DNA of 64,000 nucleotides from Hyaloraphidium curvatum SAG 235-1 (Eukaryota; Fungi; Monoblepharomycota): NCBI GenBank assembly GCA_025558095.1, contig JAIVFI010000011.1, positions 124,001 to 188,000 of the forward strand, read 5' to 3'. Shown piece by piece: positions 56,964 to 64,000 of this stretch (position 1 is its first letter; each line of letters starts with the position of its first letter). The notes under the pieces were generated by a model. It saw only the letters and a program-made list of their open reading frames with translations, ran no database searches and was not told where the DNA came from. The position numbers and the translations under genes were made by a program.

Positions 56964-57468
56964 GGCGGCACAGAAAGTACGCGGGCGCGGAGGGAGATCG
57001 GCGCTCGAGGCTCGCAGGCCCGGGGATGACCGGGAGGAACCCTCCGGCGCAGGCGGACACGTCGGCCCGCGGCACCCGCGCCCGACGCCCCGGAACGCTG
57101 TCCGAACGCTTCGCTGCGCTCTGACAACCTCGAATGGGCGGGCGGAACCCGCTCCGGCGCGCCCTCGCGGGTCGAGCTGTTTGCCGGTGCGAAGCTCCTC
57201 CGATGGCGAGCAGAAAATCGCCAGATCACGCACCGTGCGGCGGCCGCTCCACCTGATCGTCCGATCGGACATACTGAACGGCCGAGGGCTGAATTTACTG
57301 GCATTCTGTCTTTTTGTTGATGGCATCAAGAGACGTTCTCTCGGGAGCAGCTGCCGGGCGGGTCGGACGTGGGGGTAGAAAAGAAGACATTCAAATGCAG
57401 CCATGCATCCGCAATCACCGCCCTTCATCCATCCACCACGTCAGAGCCGACTGGGAGGTGTGCGAGAG

Positions 57469-58488
57469 TCAAGAGCTGGGGTTGCTTGGCTTCTTCTTCA
57501 TGGCCTCCGCAAGCGCCTTGCAGACCGTCTTGTGATCGGGCCAGTCCTTCCGCTGGCAATCCTTGCTGCAGCATCGAGTCACGCGGCACCTGGAGCACCG
57601 GAGCAGTTCCTTCCTCTCGTCCATCGAGATCGCTTTGCAGTTTGCACATGTGCCAAATGACGTCCGATCTTGCTTCTTGCTGTCCCGCTGAGCGAGCGCA
57701 ACCGTCGTGCGCGCCTTCTCCAAGCACATGGACCGATTGCAGTACGGGATCAGTCTGGCTCCGAGCACGATCTCCGCCGCCGGAAGGACGACGACCTTCC
57801 CGCCATGGACGGTGGTGGTCTCACCAGAAAATGCTACTCCGAAAGCTGCTTTCGTCGCTCGATCGCCGCATCCGACGCAAGGAAAAAGCTCGGAGCGGAT
57901 GATCCCGATCTCGGCAATCTGGTCTTCGACTTCGTTGTTAACGGCCCCGATATCGATTGGAGGAACGAGCAGGTCGGCGCTAAGCTTGACCGTCCCAGCG
58001 TCCCTGTCGGCGGGCAAGTGGTCCATGATGATCATGAACCGCACGTCTTTGACCTCGCGCGGGGTGGTCGCTCCGGAAGCGGCCTCCAGAAGCCTCTGGT
58101 GCACTTCCCTCCCGTCCAGATCTAGGAATCCCGTTACTGCGTCCATGCACTTCCGCGAGGTGCAGAACGGATAGGACACGATGGTCACGGTCGGCTCGGG
58201 TCTGTCCCGTCCATCTCCGCGTTCGAACAGATCGGTCGCGTCGGCGAACGCCATTGCCGGCGTTGACCCGCCGCACGCAGCGCACGAGAGCGGTAGTTGC
58301 TTGCGAAGAACTCCCTCCCGCCAGGCCCGTATCTCCGGAAACCGATCGAGCATCGAAGTGGTGCCGAACTTCGCCCTCTTGACGTCTGACGCCGGCGCTT
58401 GGAAAAGGCGTTCGGCGTTGGCGCCTCCGGGCGGCCCGCCTTCCGGCTCGCGACCGACGACGCGCAGCCGTGCTCGGATGGTTTCCAT
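57469..58488 (-). CDS. MYND zinc finger protein with tandem Cys modules, copy 1 (intact)
   Basis: METIRARLRV start; CAAC...PFCTSRKC; CVGC...PYCNRSMC; CANC...RCSRC...CSKDCQRKDWPDHKTVC. Confidence 0.85.
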   Translation of the reverse strand: METIRARLRVVGREPEGGPPGGANAERLFQAPASDVKRAKFGTTSMLDRFPEIRAWREGVLRKQLPLSCAACGGSTPAMAFADATDLFERGDGRDRPEPTVTIVSYPFCTSRKCMDAVTGFLDLDGREVHQRLLEAASGATTPREVKDVRFMIIMDHLPADRDAGTVKLSADLLVPPIDIGAVNNEVEDQIAEIGIIRSELFPCVGCGDRATKAAFGVAFSGETTTVHGGKVVVLPAAEIVLGARLIPYCNRSMCLEKARTTVALAQRDSKKQDRTSFGTCANCKAISMDERKELLRCSRCRVTRCCSKDCQRKDWPDHKTVCKALAEAMKKKPSNPSS

Positions 58489-58707
58489 GTGGTTGCCTTT
58501 TGCGCGGAGCCGTACAGGCGCGTCTTCGTTTTCTTCGTGTTCGGCGCGAGGAATATCAACAATCCCAAGATCGCGAGGGCGCCAAAGGTCTAAAGAGAGC
58601 AAAGGAGGGCAGACACAGCTATCAAACTGCAAATCGGATCGTCTTATACTCATCAAACATGGATACATCGGTGGTGAATGTATCTGAGTCACCGCGAAGT
58701 CCCACGA

Positions 58708-59698
58708 TCACCTGCTCGAGCCGACCCTTTCCTCCTTTATCGCCTTCGCCAGCTCGCCGCATATCTTCTTGTGATTCGGCCAGTGCTTCCGTTGGCATTC
58801 CTTGGAGCAGTACCGGACCGAACGACACGCCGAGCACCGCAGAAGGTCCGCCCTCTCGTTGCCCGAATAGGCCTCGCAATAAGCGCACGCGCTGATCCCG
58901 CTCTCCTTCCGGTCGTCGCGGATTGCGAGGCTCAACAGCACGCTCGCCCTGGTCTCGCAGGCGCGCTTGCCGCAGTGCGGGAACAGCTGCGCCGCGAGCA
59001 TGATCTGGTCCGGGTTCTGGACCGTGACATCATCCGCACCGATCGCGAGCTCCGCCGAAGATAAGCCCGTCCCGTATTCGGCCTTCCTCGCCTTGCCGCC
59101 ACATGCGACGCAGCTCAGAGGTTGGGAATCCAAGAAGTGATCGACGGCCTCCGCGATGCCGTCATCCGCCATGCTCACAAGCAGCTCGAAATCGACAGGC
59201 GGGACTAGCACGATGCTCTTGACCTTCACCGAACCGTAGACGATTTCGGCGCCCCGGGACGTTGATCATGAAGGGCACCTCGGTGTCCTGCTCGCCGAGC
59301 GACGCTGATCCTTGGTTCTCTTGGAAAGCCCTCCACAGCTTCCCCGTCTGCCTTCGGATCTTCATAGTCTCATCGAGGCACTCGTCCGCCGCACAGCACG
59401 GGAAACAAGAGATTTTGACTTCCCACTCAGGCGGCCCGTTTTCGGACGGCTCCACCGCGAGTTGCGAGAACTCTGTCGTGCGGGTGACGGACTGCGAGCA
59501 ACAATTGGAGCAGCGCGCCGTTGGCGACGAGAGTATCGCGTCTTGGTACCAGGAGCAGATTTCGGGAAGGAAGTTCAGCAAAGGCTCCGTGCTGTCCGCT
59601 GCGGTGGCGAAAACGGCCGGAGGCACTCGGAAGAGGCGCTCGGCGGCGGCGCCTGGTTCGTCGCCGTAAACTCGCAATCGCGCTGTGACTTTGTCCAT
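58708..59698 (-). pseudogene. MYND family copy 2, single frameshift
   Basis: ORFs 59162-59779 and 58708-59229 are colinear with copy 1; the frame breaks at about 59253 with no intron signal. Confidence 0.75.
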
Positions 59699-59863
59699 TT
59701 GTTTTGTCGAAGCACCGAAACAGAGGGAAAGTCGAGAGTCGGTTTCGACCTGCAGGTTTTGCGTGTGCTGACGTGGCATCGCGCCTGTTGGTCTTTGGTC
59801 TCATTAGCAGTTACGCCGGACTTCGGGGGACCGGCATTTGCTTTCTAATCGAGCTTTGAAGAA

Positions 59864-60743
59864 TCACCCGCTTTTCGAACCGGAACCCGACCTCTTCTTC
59901 AACGCCTCCGCAATCGCCCCGCAGTACGATTTGTGAGCCGGCCAGTCCTTCCGTTGGCAGTCTGGGCCGCAGTACCGAGTCACACGGCACATCGAGCACC
60001 TCTGCAGCTCCTTCTTCTCGTCGGCGGACCAGCCCCGGCAGTAGGAGCAGATTCCGGCCGAGCTCCGCGTCTCCTTCTTGTTCTCCTGCTCCGCGAGCAT
60101 GCGCATCACGTACGCCTTTTCCTTGCACCGAGGCCGATCGCAGTGCGGCATCACCTGGGCTCGGAGCGTGACGTCGCAGCCAGGGCGTGTCAAAACTCCG
60201 AGGGAGTAAGCCGCGCTCATCCCGGGATCGCCACATCCAACGCATTTGAACTCGGAGCCGTGGATCCTTTCGAAGATCCCGAAGACCTGCTCCTGCGCTT
60301 CCCCGCACACGGCGCCGGGGTCGATCGGCCGCGCGAGCGTCGGCTCCGATCTTGATCGTCCCCATGTCGAATCCCCGTCCCGGCAATTCGACCTTCAGCG
60401 GCACGTGCCTGACTTCGCGCGGCGCGTCCTTGCCGGCGACCGGCCCCAGAACCCTCTCGTGCGCCTCCCTCTCTTCCGACCGAGCCGTCGCCGCTTCCCG
60501 GCACTTGCGCGATGCGCAGAACGGGACCACCACGATGGTCAAGGTCGGCTCGCGCCTGTGGCGCCCGTCGCCACGCTCGAACAGCTCTGCCGCTCCAAAC
60601 TGCCCGTGGGCCCGCGACCCGCAGCAGGCGCACGAAAAGGGCATGAGCTCGCCCAAAATCTGGTACTGCCAGGCCGCGATCTCCGGGAACCGGTCGAGGG
60701 GCGACACGCTGGCGAACTTCACCTTCTTATCCCAAGGCGCGAA
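59864..60743 (-). pseudogene. MYND family copy 3, 5'-truncated and frameshifted
   Basis: LDRFPEI..W, CACC, ERGDGR..REPT as in copy 1; frame break at about 60338; homology ends at about 60743. Confidence 0.75.
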
Positions 60744-61200
60744 ATGGAGACGATAAAGGCGACCCTTAGTCATGAGGCTGGACCGAGGCTTCGTCCGGAG
60801 GCCGCTCCGGATGCTCGCTCCACGAACGCGATTCCAGGTCCCCGCGGGCGCCGTCGTCGCGGCACGCGCGGGCACCGGGATCCTGAAGAGCTTCCCCGAG
60901 ATCAGGCGCTATAAGGAAGGAATCGATTTTTGGAGAAGCGATGATCTGCGTCTACTGCGGGGAGCCCATGCAGATCCCCAACACGGTACGGTGGACGGAA
61001 TGGCCTTCGCAACGTTCGAATATCGCGACGAGAATGCTCCGAGAGCCTATGATCTCCGAATCGCCGCCATCCTCTGCTGCACGAAGGAGCTTTGCGAGGA
61101 TTCTGCCTGCAAGTTCCTCGAGAACGTTTGGAGGCGCTTGAGCAGGTCGATGCGGACGCTGGCATCTCCCATCGGCGTGGCCTTGGTGCTTTGGGCCTAG
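60744..61200 (+). pseudogene. MYND family copy 4, N-terminal fragment in inverted orientation
   Basis: METIKATL start, FQVP, SFPEIRRYKE, CVYCG and ILCCTKELC spread over several frames; no MYND part. Confidence 0.65.
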
Positions 61201-61371
61201 AACATCTTAAATTACATTGACTCGCGTTTTCCGTGCTCCATCCTGCTCCACCGAAGTGCTCGTAGCGGGGATTTCAGATATCCGCGGACGTTTTCGTGTG
61301 TCCTTCGGGCACCGACGCAAATCGTGCGACAGACCGGCCGGTCGCACGCAATTCCCCTCCCTCGGACCAAC

Positions 61372-64000
<2,629 letters not shown>

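Overview
This is gene-dense, GC-rich eukaryotic nuclear DNA with mostly 50-75 nt spliceosomal introns (GTGAG/GTGGG donors, CTRAC branch points). A pentafunctional AROM, Zn2Cys6 factors and an NDR kinase mark it as fungal; the style suggests an early-diverging zoosporic lineage such as Monoblepharidomycota (inference only). About 30 genes can be built by splicing the ORF track. Housekeeping genes: uL22m, Sas10/Utp3, Rab GDI, PDK/BCKDK, ARO1, a CaMK, an NDR kinase, an M14 carboxypeptidase and a FYRN/FYRC protein. Bacterial-looking genes: a bleomycin-binding protein, a 7-blade FG-GAP protein, a lactate permease, an RNB nuclease, a PAS-like/CxxC protein and an ABM-like protein. The window also holds a nitroalkane oxidase, a decayed Mutator transposase abutting two tandem Zn2Cys6 paralogs, and a five-copy MYND cluster that is mostly decayed. 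The strongest novelty candidate is a 5-exon, ~1183 aa secreted protein (14468-18263) that fuses a SUEL lectin domain to a body built like an alpha-helical pore-forming/insecticidal toxin. Other highlights are a long intron whose ends appear to base-pair down to normal intron length, an unnamed tandem Cys module in the MYND family, and same-strand intergenic gaps as short as 66 nt. No rRNA, tRNA or CRISPR array was seen. All family assignments come from recalled motifs; no searches were run.
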